Of a stretch of 64,000 bases of DNA, positions 28,124 through 36,939 are shown in pieces. The notes under the pieces were generated by a model, which was not told the DNA's origin, did no database searches, and was given only the letters and a program-made list of their open reading frames with translations. Positions within the stretch are counted from its first letter, which is position 1; each line of letters begins with the position of its first letter. The position numbers and the translations under genes are program-made. Origin of the DNA: an uncultured Acidobacteriaceae bacterium (GTDB lineage Bacteria; Acidobacteriota; Terriglobia; Terriglobales; Acidobacteriaceae); assembly GCA_963724875.1 (NCBI GenBank), contig CAVRWN010000009.1, positions 73,396 through 137,395 on the forward strand, given 5' to 3'.

Positions 28124-29611
28124 TCAATCGAGCTTCTTAACCAACAACTCATTCACCAACTGCGGATTAGCTTGCCCCTTTGACGCCTTCATCACCTGCC
28201 CGACAAAGAATCCGATCATGGTCTTCTTGCCGGCCCGGTATTGTTCAAGTTGCTTGGGATTCGCGGCAAGAATTTCGTCGATAATCTTCTCCAGCGCAGA
28301 AGTATCCGATGACTGTTGCGGGCGTCCCTCCTCTTCGTAGACGTCAGGAAAGTCTTGGCCGCGCTCGAAGCAAAGATCGTAGAGATCTTTAAGCATCTTG
28401 CCGGAGATGGCACCGCTCTCCACCAGATCGGCCGATGCCGCCACGCCCTTCATCGAAATCGGAGACGATTCGATCTCGATCCCTTTGGCTTTGAGACGCC
28501 CCATCAGTTCGCTCTGCACCAGGTTCGCCACGCGCTTGGGATTCTTTGCCGCCTTGGCTGCGGCCTCAAACTGGTCGGCCAGCGCTTTTGAAACTGTCAG
28601 CACCTGCGCGTCATATTCGGTGATCCCATATTCGCTGGTTAACCGCGCCCGGCGCGCCTCCGGCAACTCAGGCAAGGTCTTCGCGATGTCGGCCTTCCAC
28701 TTTTCATCGACCACCAGCGGCAGCAAGTCTGGCTCAGGAAAATAGCGGTAATCATGCGCCTGCTCTTTCGACCGCATGCCGTAGGTCTTGCCCTCGTGCG
28801 AGTTGTAAAGCCGCGTCTCCTGCACGATCTTCCCGCCCGCCTCGATCACCTCTACCTGCCGCGCGATCTCATAGACCAGCGCCTCGCGGATGAAGCGGAA
28901 CGAATTCACGTTCTTGATTTCGGTCTTGGTGCCCAACTCTTTCTGCCCGCGCGGACGCACGCTGACGTTGGCGTCGCAGCGCAGCGAACCCTCTTCCATG
29001 TTGCAATCGCTGACGCCGGTGTAGAGGATGATCTCTTTCAGCCGCGTCAGGTATTCGTAAGCCTCGTCGGGCGTGGCAATGTCGGGCTCGCTGACAATCT
29101 CGATCAGTGGCACGCCAGTACGGTTCAGGTCGATGGCAGTTTTTTCTTCGGAGCCGGCAAAACCCTCGTGCAGGCTCTTGCCCGCGTCTTCCTCGAGATG
29201 CACACGAGTGATCCCAATCTTCTTTACCCTGTGCTCCCCTGTGTTTAAGGCTCCTACTTCTATGTACCCAAACTCGGCGAGCGGCTTGTCGTACTGCGAA
29301 ATCTGGTAACCCTTGGGCAGGTCGGGATAGAAATAATTCTTGCGCGCAAAAATCGAAGTCTCATTGATCCGGCAATTCAAAGCCATTGCCGCCAGCGTCG
29401 CGAATTCGACTGCCTTCCGGTTCAGCACCGGCAAAGCTCCGGGCATCCCCAGGCAGACCGGGCAAACGTTCGTGTTAGGCGCAGCGCCGAACCGCGTGGA
29501 GCAAGAGCAGAAAATCTTCGAAGCCGTCAAAAGCTGAACATGCACTTCGAGCCCGATGACGGGCTCGTAAGCAGTGCGCGCAGCGACGGAAGCGTCGGCG
29601 GAGGTCGACAT
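28124..29611 (-). CDS. gatB: Aspartyl/glutamyl-tRNA(Asn/Gln) amidotransferase subunit B
   Basis: [25 protein letters not shown]...[15 protein letters not shown] and a C-terminal GatB_Yqey domain. 495 aa. Confidence 0.95.
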   Translation of the reverse strand: MSTSADASVAARTAYEPVIGLEVHVQLLTASKIFCSCSTRFGAAPNTNVCPVCLGMPGALPVLNRKAVEFATLAAMALNCRINETSIFARKNYFYPDLPKGYQISQYDKPLAEFGYIEVGALNTGEHRVKKIGITRVHLEEDAGKSLHEGFAGSEEKTAIDLNRTGVPLIEIVSEPDIATPDEAYEYLTRLKEIILYTGVSDCNMEEGSLRCDANVSVRPRGQKELGTKTEIKNVNSFRFIREALVYEIARQVEVIEAGGKIVQETRLYNSHEGKTYGMRSKEQAHDYRYFPEPDLLPLVVDEKWKADIAKTLPELPEARRARLTSEYGITEYDAQVLTVSKALADQFEAAAKAAKNPKRVANLVQSELMGRLKAKGIEIESSPISMKGVAASADLVESGAISGKMLKDLYDLCFERGQDFPDVYEEEGRPQQSSDTSALEKIIDEILAANPKQLEQYRAGKKTMIGFFVGQVMKASKGQANPQLVNELLVKKLD

Positions 29612-29839
29612 ATCAAGTGATTATAAAGGCAACTGGCAGCTGATCATTGGCCTGGGGATTTTGATTTCCCGTCCCGATTCGCAGCCAGAATTTCCTTGAC
29701 TCCGATCCCGTAAGCTGCGATCCTATTTCTCTAGGTATTGGCTCCTTGACATGAGAATAGCACTGAGATAACCGTAAATGCAATATTTTACGGTCCACTC
29801 ACCCGAATTTGCTGGCATTTCGCCATTGCATAATCCCTA

Positions 29840-29899
29840 AGTCCTTTTGAATGGAATATTTTGCAAACAAGTCCTTTGCTTCCAATATTTTAGCCAGAT
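29840..29899. repeat. Two tandem ~30-nt imperfect direct repeats in the AT-rich spacer
   Basis: AAGTCCTTTTGAATGGAATATTTTGCAAAC is followed by AAGTCCTTTGCTTCCAATATTTTAGCCAGA. Both share AAGTCCTTT and AATATTTT. Confidence 0.6.
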
Positions 29900-30017
29900 T
29901 AGACGCATACCAAAAGCAGCCAACTGATTGATTCCAGGGATATTACGCAGATCGATCTGAGATATTTTCTAATCCAGATCGTGGCCTGTGGCGGGAGCCA
30001 AAGTCCCCTTCGGTTTT

Positions 30018-30034
30018 ACTGAGAACTGAGAACT
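30018..30034 (-). repeat. Heptad short tandem repeat (ACTGAGA x2.4)
   Basis: ACTGAGAACTGAGAACT lies 6 nt downstream of the stop of the 30041..30676 gene. Confidence 0.7.
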
Positions 30035-30040
30035 ACCTCT

Positions 30041-30676
30041 CTACTTCCCCATCGGAATCTCGAAGTACATCAACTCATTCCCTTTGGCATCGTTAACCCC
30101 GCTCACATACATGCGCGCGCCGGCCAGGGATGCGTCGATGTCTTCCACATCGAAGAAGAGGAATCCCGATTGCGTGGTATGAGGCTCGACTGCTCTGGCG
30201 GCGAACTGCGCGGATTCGATCTCATCCATCTGCTTGCGGCTGACGGTGCCTTTCACATCCTTGTGCGGGATGGGAAGTGGCAGCGGCGGGGCGGTGTTGG
30301 CGTGAGGATTGGTGAGGCGGCGGTAGATGTCATCGGGAGCAACCGGCGTCAGCTTGTCGCGGTTGGCCGTGGTGAGCGTGACCTGCATGTGGCCGACCGA
30401 GATCGGCTGGTTGCCGTCGTTGGTCACGACGAAGAAGACGGGCAGTAATCCATGCTCGTGAAAGTTTATGGAGAAGATCTTGGCCTTGTCGGCAGTGTCG
30501 TAGGGGTCGACGCCGATGGCAACTTTCTCGTCGTTGTGATCGTCGTGTGCGGGATAGGCTTTCGCGGGCTGTGCCGCGGGCTTTACAAAGTCTTTGGCGG
30601 CCAGGCAGAGGGCGAACACGGCAACGACGCACGAGACGACGAGCAGACGAGAGAAACACGTTTTCAGCGGCTGCAT
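30041..30676 (-). CDS. Exported hypothetical protein
   Basis: Signal peptide LLVVSCVVAVFALCLA. 211 aa with no recognised motif. Confidence 0.65.
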   Translation of the reverse strand: MQPLKTCFSRLLVVSCVVAVFALCLAAKDFVKPAAQPAKAYPAHDDHNDEKVAIGVDPYDTADKAKIFSINFHEHGLLPVFFVVTNDGNQPISVGHMQVTLTTANRDKLTPVAPDDIYRRLTNPHANTAPPLPLPIPHKDVKGTVSRKQMDEIESAQFAARAVEPHTTQSGFLFFDVEDIDASLAGARMYVSGVNDAKGNELMYFEIPMGK

Positions 30677-30741
30677 GCTCCTGATTATAGAGGCTAACGC
30701 AATCTCCTTCCGCGCCCGGAGTTTGTTTAGAATGGCTGAAC

Positions 30742-32037
30742 TTGATCACATCCCTTTACAGCTTCCTCTACAGCGTCGTGCTGGCGGTGGCGATGTTGGT
30801 GAGCCTGCCCTACTGGCTCTTGCAGATGGCGCGCCATAATAAGTACAGCAAGGGATTGGCTGAGAGGCTCGGCCGCCTGCCTTCGCGGCTTCAGTTGCCG
30901 AAAGAACAAGAGCCGGTGATCTGGGTTCACGCGGTTTCCGTCGGCGAAGTGCTGGCGGTCGCCGGCTTGGTGGAGGAACTGCAACGCCGCTTCCCGCAAA
31001 ATCGGATCTTCATTTCAACCACCACTGATACCGGGCAGGCGCTCGCGCGAAAACGCTTCGGAGAAGCGAGCGTGTTTTACTTTCCCATGGATTTCGCATT
31101 CGCCATCCGACCTTACCTGCAGGCGCTGCGGCCGCGAATGGTGGTGATTGCGGAGACCGAGTTCTGGCCCAACTTCCTGCGGTTGGCGCACGCCAGCGGG
31201 GCGCGGATTGCGGTGGTGAATGCGCGCATCTCAGACCGGTCATGGCCGAGCTACCGGCGTTTCCGAGGGTTGTTGCGGAGATTGCTGGCTAATGTTGAGC
31301 TGTTCTTGGCGCAGACGCCGGAGGACGCGGCGCGGCTGCGAGATATTGGAGCCACGCCGGAGCGCGTGCGGGTCACGGGAAATCTGAAGTTTGACGTTCC
31401 TGCGCCTGCTCCGCCTGCGATTGTCGAGAGCGCGCGGAAGTCGATTGCGGCAACTGGAGCCGGGCCGGTGCTGGTGTGCGGCAGCACTGTCGAGGGGGAA
31501 GAGACGCTGCTGCTGAAAACGTTTGAGAATCTGCTGGTGCAACATCCGCGGGCAGTGATGATTGTTGCGCCGCGGCATCCGGAACGCTTCGCCGCCGTGG
31601 CCGCGCTGCTGGAACAGATGTCGATTCGTTTCCTGAGACGATCGCTGTGGAACGGAGAGCCCTTGACCAGCAGTGTTTTGCTGCTGGATACCATCGGGGA
31701 GCTGGCGGCGCTATATGCCCTGGCCGATATTGCGTTCGTGGGAGGAAGCCTGGTGCCACGCGGCGGTCATAACATTATTGAACCCGCGCAGCACGGCGTG
31801 GCTACCGTGGTGGGCAATCACACGGAAAACTTTCGCGACATCGTGAGTTTGTTTGAGAGCCGGGATGCGGTGCGGATTGTTGGTCCGGCGGAATTGCCGC
31901 TGGTGTTGCTGGAGTTGCTGGCCAATGATGAGGAGCGAAGAGCGTTAGGACAGCGCTCTGCCGACACCATGCGATCGCAGATTGGAGCTACCGCGCGGAC
32001 AGCCGGCGAGCTGCAGGAGTTGATGGCGAGGCCATGA
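30742..32037 (+). CDS. waaA: 3-deoxy-D-manno-octulosonic acid (Kdo) transferase
   Basis: WVHAVSVGEVLAV, FISTTTDTG, ETEFWPN and GGSLVPRGGHNIIEPA are KdtA/WaaA hallmarks. TTG start at 30742 as in the ORF track. Confidence 0.9.
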   Translation: MITSLYSFLYSVVLAVAMLVSLPYWLLQMARHNKYSKGLAERLGRLPSRLQLPKEQEPVIWVHAVSVGEVLAVAGLVEELQRRFPQNRIFISTTTDTGQALARKRFGEASVFYFPMDFAFAIRPYLQALRPRMVVIAETEFWPNFLRLAHASGARIAVVNARISDRSWPSYRRFRGLLRRLLANVELFLAQTPEDAARLRDIGATPERVRVTGNLKFDVPAPAPPAIVESARKSIAATGAGPVLVCGSTVEGEETLLLKTFENLLVQHPRAVMIVAPRHPERFAAVAALLEQMSIRFLRRSLWNGEPLTSSVLLLDTIGELAALYALADIAFVGGSLVPRGGHNIIEPAQHGVATVVGNHTENFRDIVSLFESRDAVRIVGPAELPLVLLELLANDEERRALGQRSADTMRSQIGATARTAGELQELMARP

Positions 32038-32996
32038 ACTGGAATCCGCTATCCGCGATCTTATCGACCATGTATGGCGGCATCGTCGGGGCACGCAATG
32101 CGCTTTACGACCGCCGCTGGTTGCGCTCACGCGCGCTGCAGGGGCCTGTGATCAGCGTGGGGAATCTCTCAGTCGGAGGTTCGGGAAAGACTCCGTTTGT
32201 CATTTTGCTGGGCGAGTCGTTGAAGGCGCGCGGAGTGAATTTCGATGTGCTTTCGCGCGGTTACGGGCGCGCCACTCGCGGCGTAATGCTGGTGGATCCC
32301 GGCGGGCTGCCGCGGGATTTCGGCGATGAGCCTTTGCTGATGGCTCGACGGCTGCAGGTGCCGGTGATCGTGGGGGAAGATCGCTATGAGGCTGGGCGCT
32401 TTGCCGAAGCGCGATTCGGTCCGCAGATTCATTTGCTGGATGATGGGTTTCAGCACCGCGGACTGGCGCGCGATTTCGATATTGTGCTGGTCACTCCGGA
32501 TGATGCGCGCGATCGGTTGCTTCCCGGCGGACGGCTGCGGGAGCCTTTGCCATCGCTGCAACGGGCCGACGCCATCGTGCTGACCAGCGGGGCCTCCGCG
32601 GAATTGTTTCCGGTCGCGGGGAAGATGCTCTGGCGGGTGCGGCGGGGAATTACTCCTCAGAATGTTTCGCCGCGGCCGGTGGTGTTCTGCGGGATTGCGC
32701 GGCCGCAGAATTTTTTGCTGCAGCTGCGGGCTGCGGGCATCGATCCGGTTGCCGAGGCGTTCTTCCGCGATCATCATGCGTACACTGAGAAGGACGTTAA
32801 CGACTTGTTGCAATTGCAGCGGCAGAGCGAAGCTGGTGGCTTTGTAACCACCGAAAAAGATGCGGTGAACCTTGGCGGCTATCTGGCGGCGTTGGCACCG
32901 TTGGCGGTGGTCCCAGTGAAGATGGAATTTGCCGACGCGGCTAACGCTGTGGATACCATGCTGCGCGTGATTGAGGAGCGGCGGCGGCGCTCGTGA
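32034..32996 (+). CDS. lpxK: Tetraacyldisaccharide 4-prime-kinase
   Basis: P-loop VGNLSVGGSGKTP, SRGYGR and LDDGFQH. ATGA overlap with waaA. Confidence 0.9.
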   Translation: MNWNPLSAILSTMYGGIVGARNALYDRRWLRSRALQGPVISVGNLSVGGSGKTPFVILLGESLKARGVNFDVLSRGYGRATRGVMLVDPGGLPRDFGDEPLLMARRLQVPVIVGEDRYEAGRFAEARFGPQIHLLDDGFQHRGLARDFDIVLVTPDDARDRLLPGGRLREPLPSLQRADAIVLTSGASAELFPVAGKMLWRVRRGITPQNVSPRPVVFCGIARPQNFLLQLRAAGIDPVAEAFFRDHHAYTEKDVNDLLQLQRQSEAGGFVTTEKDAVNLGGYLAALAPLAVVPVKMEFADAANAVDTMLRVIEERRRRS

Positions 32997-33018
32997 GAAA
33001 ATGCCGGAGACGGCGAGC

Positions 33019-33128
33019 GATAAGGATGCGAGCCAAACGCGCAAGTATTGCATCGCAAAGAGCGCGATGCATCGCGCGGCTCGCCCAGATTCCTCACGGC
33101 GCGAAGAACGCTTGTTCGGAATGACAAG
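33019..33128 (+). repeat. Operon-embedded hairpin repeat element, copy 3 (between lpxK and hldA)
   Basis: GATAAGGATGCGAGCCAAACGCGC...GCTCGCCCAGATTCCTCACGGCGCGAAGAACGCTTGTTCGGAATGACAAG. Both terminal blocks align with the reverse complement of 609-729. There is an internal 8-bp stem TGCATCGC/GCGATGCA. Confidence 0.7.
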
Positions 33129-33136
33129 AAGAATTG

Positions 33137-34177
33137 ATGACGAAACATCTGAAGGAAGTTGATCGGCTGCAGAAGATTGTCGAAGCGTTCCCCAAGGTCA
33201 CGATTACGGTGCTGGGGGATCTGGTGGCCGATGAATTCGTGTATGGGGAAATCTCACGGGTGTCGCGCGAGGCTCCGGTGCTGATTCTGAAGCACCGCGA
33301 ACGCACGGTGGTGCCTGGTGGTGGCGCCAATGCGGTGAACAATCTGGCTGAACTGGGAGTGAATGTGCTTCCGGTGGGCGCCGTCGGCGATGACGAGCCG
33401 GGACGATTGCTGCTGAAGTTCTTTCGCCACAAGCGGATTCCAGTCAGCGGCGTGTTGAAGGATAAGAGTTACACGACGGTTACGAAGACGCGCATTCTAG
33501 CGGGCACGACGCACAATTCGCGGCAGCAGGTGGTGCGCGTCGATCGCGAGCCCGAGAACCCTCCTAACCAACATTTAACGCGTGAGTTGTTTCTGGCAGC
33601 GCGGGAATATTTGCGGGCTTCGGATGCGCTGCTGGTTTCTGACTACGGCTATGGATCGGCGAGTCCGGCGATCGTGAATGCTTTGCGCCAGAGCGGGCGG
33701 CGAAGGGTTGTGCTGGTGCCTATGATCCTCGATTCGCGCTACCGGCTGCTGGACTATTCAGGGGTGACTGCGGCTACTCCGAACGAGCCTGAGGTGGAAG
33801 CGGCGCTGGGCGGCCGAGTTGGGCAGGATTGGAAAAAGCTGACGGCGGCGGGACAACAAATTATGGAGCGCATGAAGTTGCAGGCGCTGCTGATTACTCG
33901 CGGGCGCGACGGCATGGTCGCTTTCGACCAGAGGCATGCTCCGGTCGACATTCCAATTTTCGGTTCTGACCAGGTCGCGGATGTGACTGGGGCGGGCGAC
34001 ACGGTGATTGCGGCGTTCAGCGCGGCTCTTGGCGCCGGAGCCAGCACGGAAGAGGCGGCGCAGTTGGCCAACTACGCGGGCGGCATTGTGGTGATGAAGC
34101 GCGGGACGGCTACGGTTTCACGGGAAGAGTTGTTGCGCGCGATCGACCAGGCTCCGCCGGCGACCAGACCTCATTGA
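33137..34177 (+). CDS. hldA: D-glycero-beta-D-manno-heptose-7-phosphate kinase (RfaE domain I, PfkB family), stand-alone
   Basis: VLGDLVADEFVYGE, GGGANAVNNL and the C-terminal DVTGAGDTV anion-hole motif. Confidence 0.85.
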   Translation: MTKHLKEVDRLQKIVEAFPKVTITVLGDLVADEFVYGEISRVSREAPVLILKHRERTVVPGGGANAVNNLAELGVNVLPVGAVGDDEPGRLLLKFFRHKRIPVSGVLKDKSYTTVTKTRILAGTTHNSRQQVVRVDREPENPPNQHLTRELFLAAREYLRASDALLVSDYGYGSASPAIVNALRQSGRRRVVLVPMILDSRYRLLDYSGVTAATPNEPEVEAALGGRVGQDWKKLTAAGQQIMERMKLQALLITRGRDGMVAFDQRHAPVDIPIFGSDQVADVTGAGDTVIAAFSAALGAGASTEEAAQLANYAGGIVVMKRGTATVSREELLRAIDQAPPATRPH

Positions 34178-34213
34178 ACTAAATTGAGCTGGGGCCGCGT
34201 TTGGAAACTAAGA

Positions 34214-34699
34214 ATGGGCAACCGTAAGATTCTTGAGCGGCAGCAACTCCGCACTTGTGTCGAGGAGTGGCGGCGCGCGGGCGAGCGCATCGTGCTCGCG
34301 AATGGCAATTTCGATTTGCTGCATGTGGGCCACGTGCGCTATCTGCGGGGCGCGAAGGAACTGGGTGGGAAGCTGGTCGTGGCCATCAATTCTGACGCAT
34401 CGGTGCGGACGCTGAAGGGTGAGGGGCGTCCGATTATGCCGGAAGAGGAGCGCGCTGAAATTGTTGCGGCGCTCGCTGATGTGGACGCCGTTGTCATCTT
34501 TCCCGAGCTCGACGTGCGCGCTTTGATTCGCGAGCTTCGTCCGGATATTCAGGCCAAGGGTACGGACTACACGGCGGAGACAGTTCCGGAGCGCGATGTG
34601 GTCGGCGAATATGGCGGGCGGGTCGCGATTGTGGGGGACGCTAAAGATCATTCCACCAGCGAGATTATTCGTTCGCGGCTTTCGCCGAGGCGGCCGTGA
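34214..34699 (+). CDS. hldC: D-glycero-beta-D-manno-heptose-1-phosphate adenylyltransferase (RfaE domain II, cytidylyltransferase fold), stand-alone
   Basis: [18 protein letters not shown] (HxGH motif). ATG at 34214 preferred over TTG at 34184. Confidence 0.85.
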   Translation: MGNRKILERQQLRTCVEEWRRAGERIVLANGNFDLLHVGHVRYLRGAKELGGKLVVAINSDASVRTLKGEGRPIMPEEERAEIVAALADVDAVVIFPELDVRALIRELRPDIQAKGTDYTAETVPERDVVGEYGGRVAIVGDAKDHSTSEIIRSRLSPRRP

Positions 34700-35826
34700 G
34701 TCCCGAGGCTGCTGGTTTCGAATCGAATGGTATCGATACTGAACCGGACTCTAAGATCGAGCGCCTGCTGATTGTCCGGCTCAGCGCCATGGGAGATGTG
34801 ATCCATACGCTGCCTGCGCTGCATGCGCTGCGGCAGGTCTTTCCGCGGGCTTTCATCGGCTGGTTGATTGAGGAGCGTTGGGCCGAATTGCTGTGTGCCT
34901 CGGGTTCTCCGCGGCGGGGCCCGCGGTCTGCTCTGCGGCCCCTGGTCGATGAAGTGCACAGCGTGAACCTGAAAGCGTGGGGGAAGTCTTTGTTTTCTAT
35001 TGCGACCTTGCAGCGGGCGGCCACAGTCTGGAACGATGTGCGGGATGCGCGCTACGATGCCGCGGTGGATCTGCAGGGAGCGATCCGGTCGGCCGTGCTG
35101 GCGCGGTTGTCGAGCGCGCGTGTGGTGTACGGTGCCGCAGAGGCGCGCGAGTCTCCTGCCAGTCTTTGGTATACGCGGAAGGTGGTGGCGCGCGGAAGGC
35201 ATGTCATCGAACAGAATCTTTCAGTGGCCGAGGCTCTGGTTGGGGGTGAAATGAAACAGCCGGCCAAAGATATTTCCTGCGACCTTCCTCATGATCCCCG
35301 GGCCGAGGCACGCATCGAGGATGAGTTGGCGCAGCATCATGTGCGGGACTTTGCGATTCTGAATCCGGGCGCGGGATGGGGAGCGAAACGCTGGCCTGCG
35401 GAACGCTACGGGGAACTCGCGCGCAGGCTGGCCGAGGCGGGCATATGCCCCCTGGTTAACTATGGCCCCGGCGAGGAGGATCTTTTTCGCGCTGTGCTGG
35501 CGGCGAGCGGAGGCCGGGCCAGGCCCACGAAAGGTTCGGTGACGGAATTGATTGCGCTAACACGCCGCGCGCGGATTTTCATTGGAGGGGACACTGGGCC
35601 GCTTCATCTGGCGGCAGCGTTGCGGGTTCCGGTGGTGGCGATTTTTGGGCCCACGGACCCGGCGCGCAATGGGCCTTATGGGACGCGCAGCGTGGTGCTG
35701 CGGAGTGTGGAGAGCGTTACGTCCCATGCACGGCGTGCGGATCCGGATGAGGGGTTATTGGCGATTGGGAGTGATGAGGTGATTGCGGCGGCGCGGGAAT
35801 TGCTGGGCGGCGACGTCAGGGGCTAA
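34696..35826 (+). CDS. ADP-heptose:LPS heptosyltransferase (GT9, WaaC/WaaF-like)
   Basis: [25 protein letters not shown] and [30 protein letters not shown] overlap with hldC. Confidence 0.85.
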   Translation: MSPEAAGFESNGIDTEPDSKIERLLIVRLSAMGDVIHTLPALHALRQVFPRAFIGWLIEERWAELLCASGSPRRGPRSALRPLVDEVHSVNLKAWGKSLFSIATLQRAATVWNDVRDARYDAAVDLQGAIRSAVLARLSSARVVYGAAEARESPASLWYTRKVVARGRHVIEQNLSVAEALVGGEMKQPAKDISCDLPHDPRAEARIEDELAQHHVRDFAILNPGAGWGAKRWPAERYGELARRLAEAGICPLVNYGPGEEDLFRAVLAASGGRARPTKGSVTELIALTRRARIFIGGDTGPLHLAAALRVPVVAIFGPTDPARNGPYGTRSVVLRSVESVTSHARRADPDEGLLAIGSDEVIAAARELLGGDVRG

Positions 35827-35893
35827 AGCCCACTTCTTTGTTTGGTCTGGATGGCACCGCTGAAGCCGTGCCCTTCCCGAGCAAAATGATTCC

Positions 35894-36451
35894 ATGGCTC
35901 AGTGGTCAAAAATCGCGCGGCGGATTCGGGTGCCGCTGGGGTTTCTCTTTGCCGTGTTTTACTTCTGGCTGGCGCGGCCTACCTGGCGGTCTATGGTGCT
36001 GGGAGCAATTGTGGTTGTTCCCGGGCTGCTGACTCGGGCGCTTGCCTCGGGACATGTGCGCAAGAACGAGGCGCTTGCTACTTCCGGTCCTTATGCTTAT
36101 ACGCGAAACCCGCTGTATTTAGGATCGCTGCTGATGGGCTTGGGATTTGCCGTAGCGGCGCGCAGTTGGGCTGTCGGCGTGGCGCTGGTTGTGATGTTCT
36201 TCGTGATCTATCTCCCGGTGATTCGTGATGAAGAAGCATTTCTGCGACGGACGTTTCCTGAGTTTGAGGAATACGCGCGGAGGGTGCCGAGGATGCTGCC
36301 TCGGCTCAGGCCGAGTTCGGGCAACGAGAACGAGGTTGGGGCGGGATTTTCTCTGGATTTATATCTGAAGCATCGCGAGTACAACGCGCTGCTTGGAGTT
36401 ATCGCCATGACGGTGGCTTTGATCGTCAAGCGCACTGTGTTTCGGGGTTAA
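35894..36451 (+). CDS. Membrane methyltransferase, ICMT/PEMT family
   Basis: LATSGPYAYTRNPLYLGSLLMGLGFAV and EEAFLRRTFPEFEEY are typical of the isoprenylcysteine carboxyl / phospholipid methyltransferase family. Confidence 0.7.
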   Translation: MAQWSKIARRIRVPLGFLFAVFYFWLARPTWRSMVLGAIVVVPGLLTRALASGHVRKNEALATSGPYAYTRNPLYLGSLLMGLGFAVAARSWAVGVALVVMFFVIYLPVIRDEEAFLRRTFPEFEEYARRVPRMLPRLRPSSGNENEVGAGFSLDLYLKHREYNALLGVIAMTVALIVKRTVFRG

Positions 36452-36479
36452 GCTGGTTTAGTGGCTGCGGGATTCGTTT

Positions 36480-36866
36480 TCAGATGAGGCCCTTGCCGAC
36501 CTTCCACAGGAAGTCTTCGGCATCGGCGCGGACCTTTTCCATGAAGGTGCGGTCGCGGCCATGCTCAATCTCCATCTCATGCACTACCAGCTCGGCGGCA
36601 ACCTTGGGTTTGTATCCTCGCTTGATGAGGGTGCGGGCGCGCTCGGCAAAACCCGTGTCAGCCCCCTTTTTTGCCGGTTCCTTCGGCGGGGGAAAGGCTG
36701 CGTGAGCTTCGCATTTGTGGTCGCGAAACTTGGCGGCGGCCAGGCGGTCGTAAGCGGCCATGGCGTCGTCTCCGCTCAACAGGGTAGGGATGGGGAAGGT
36801 CCATCCACAATTCGTGCAGGCCCAGCCGCTGGCATCGCCCTGAATGCGGATCAAGGAGCGCTCCAT
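36480..36866 (-). CDS. Hypothetical protein with a Cys-x2-Cys ... His-x-Cys motif
   Basis: 128 aa. WACTNCGW and HKCEAH suggest a small zinc-binding module. No family recognised. Confidence 0.5.
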   Translation of the reverse strand: MERSLIRIQGDASGWACTNCGWTFPIPTLLSGDDAMAAYDRLAAAKFRDHKCEAHAAFPPPKEPAKKGADTGFAERARTLIKRGYKPKVAAELVVHEMEIEHGRDRTFMEKVRADAEDFLWKVGKGLI

Positions 36867-36939
36867 ATCTACGACCTCAACCTATTGCCGCGAATCAGGC
36901 ATGCCATGTTCTCTTTGCTCAGTTGATACAGTTCGTAAG

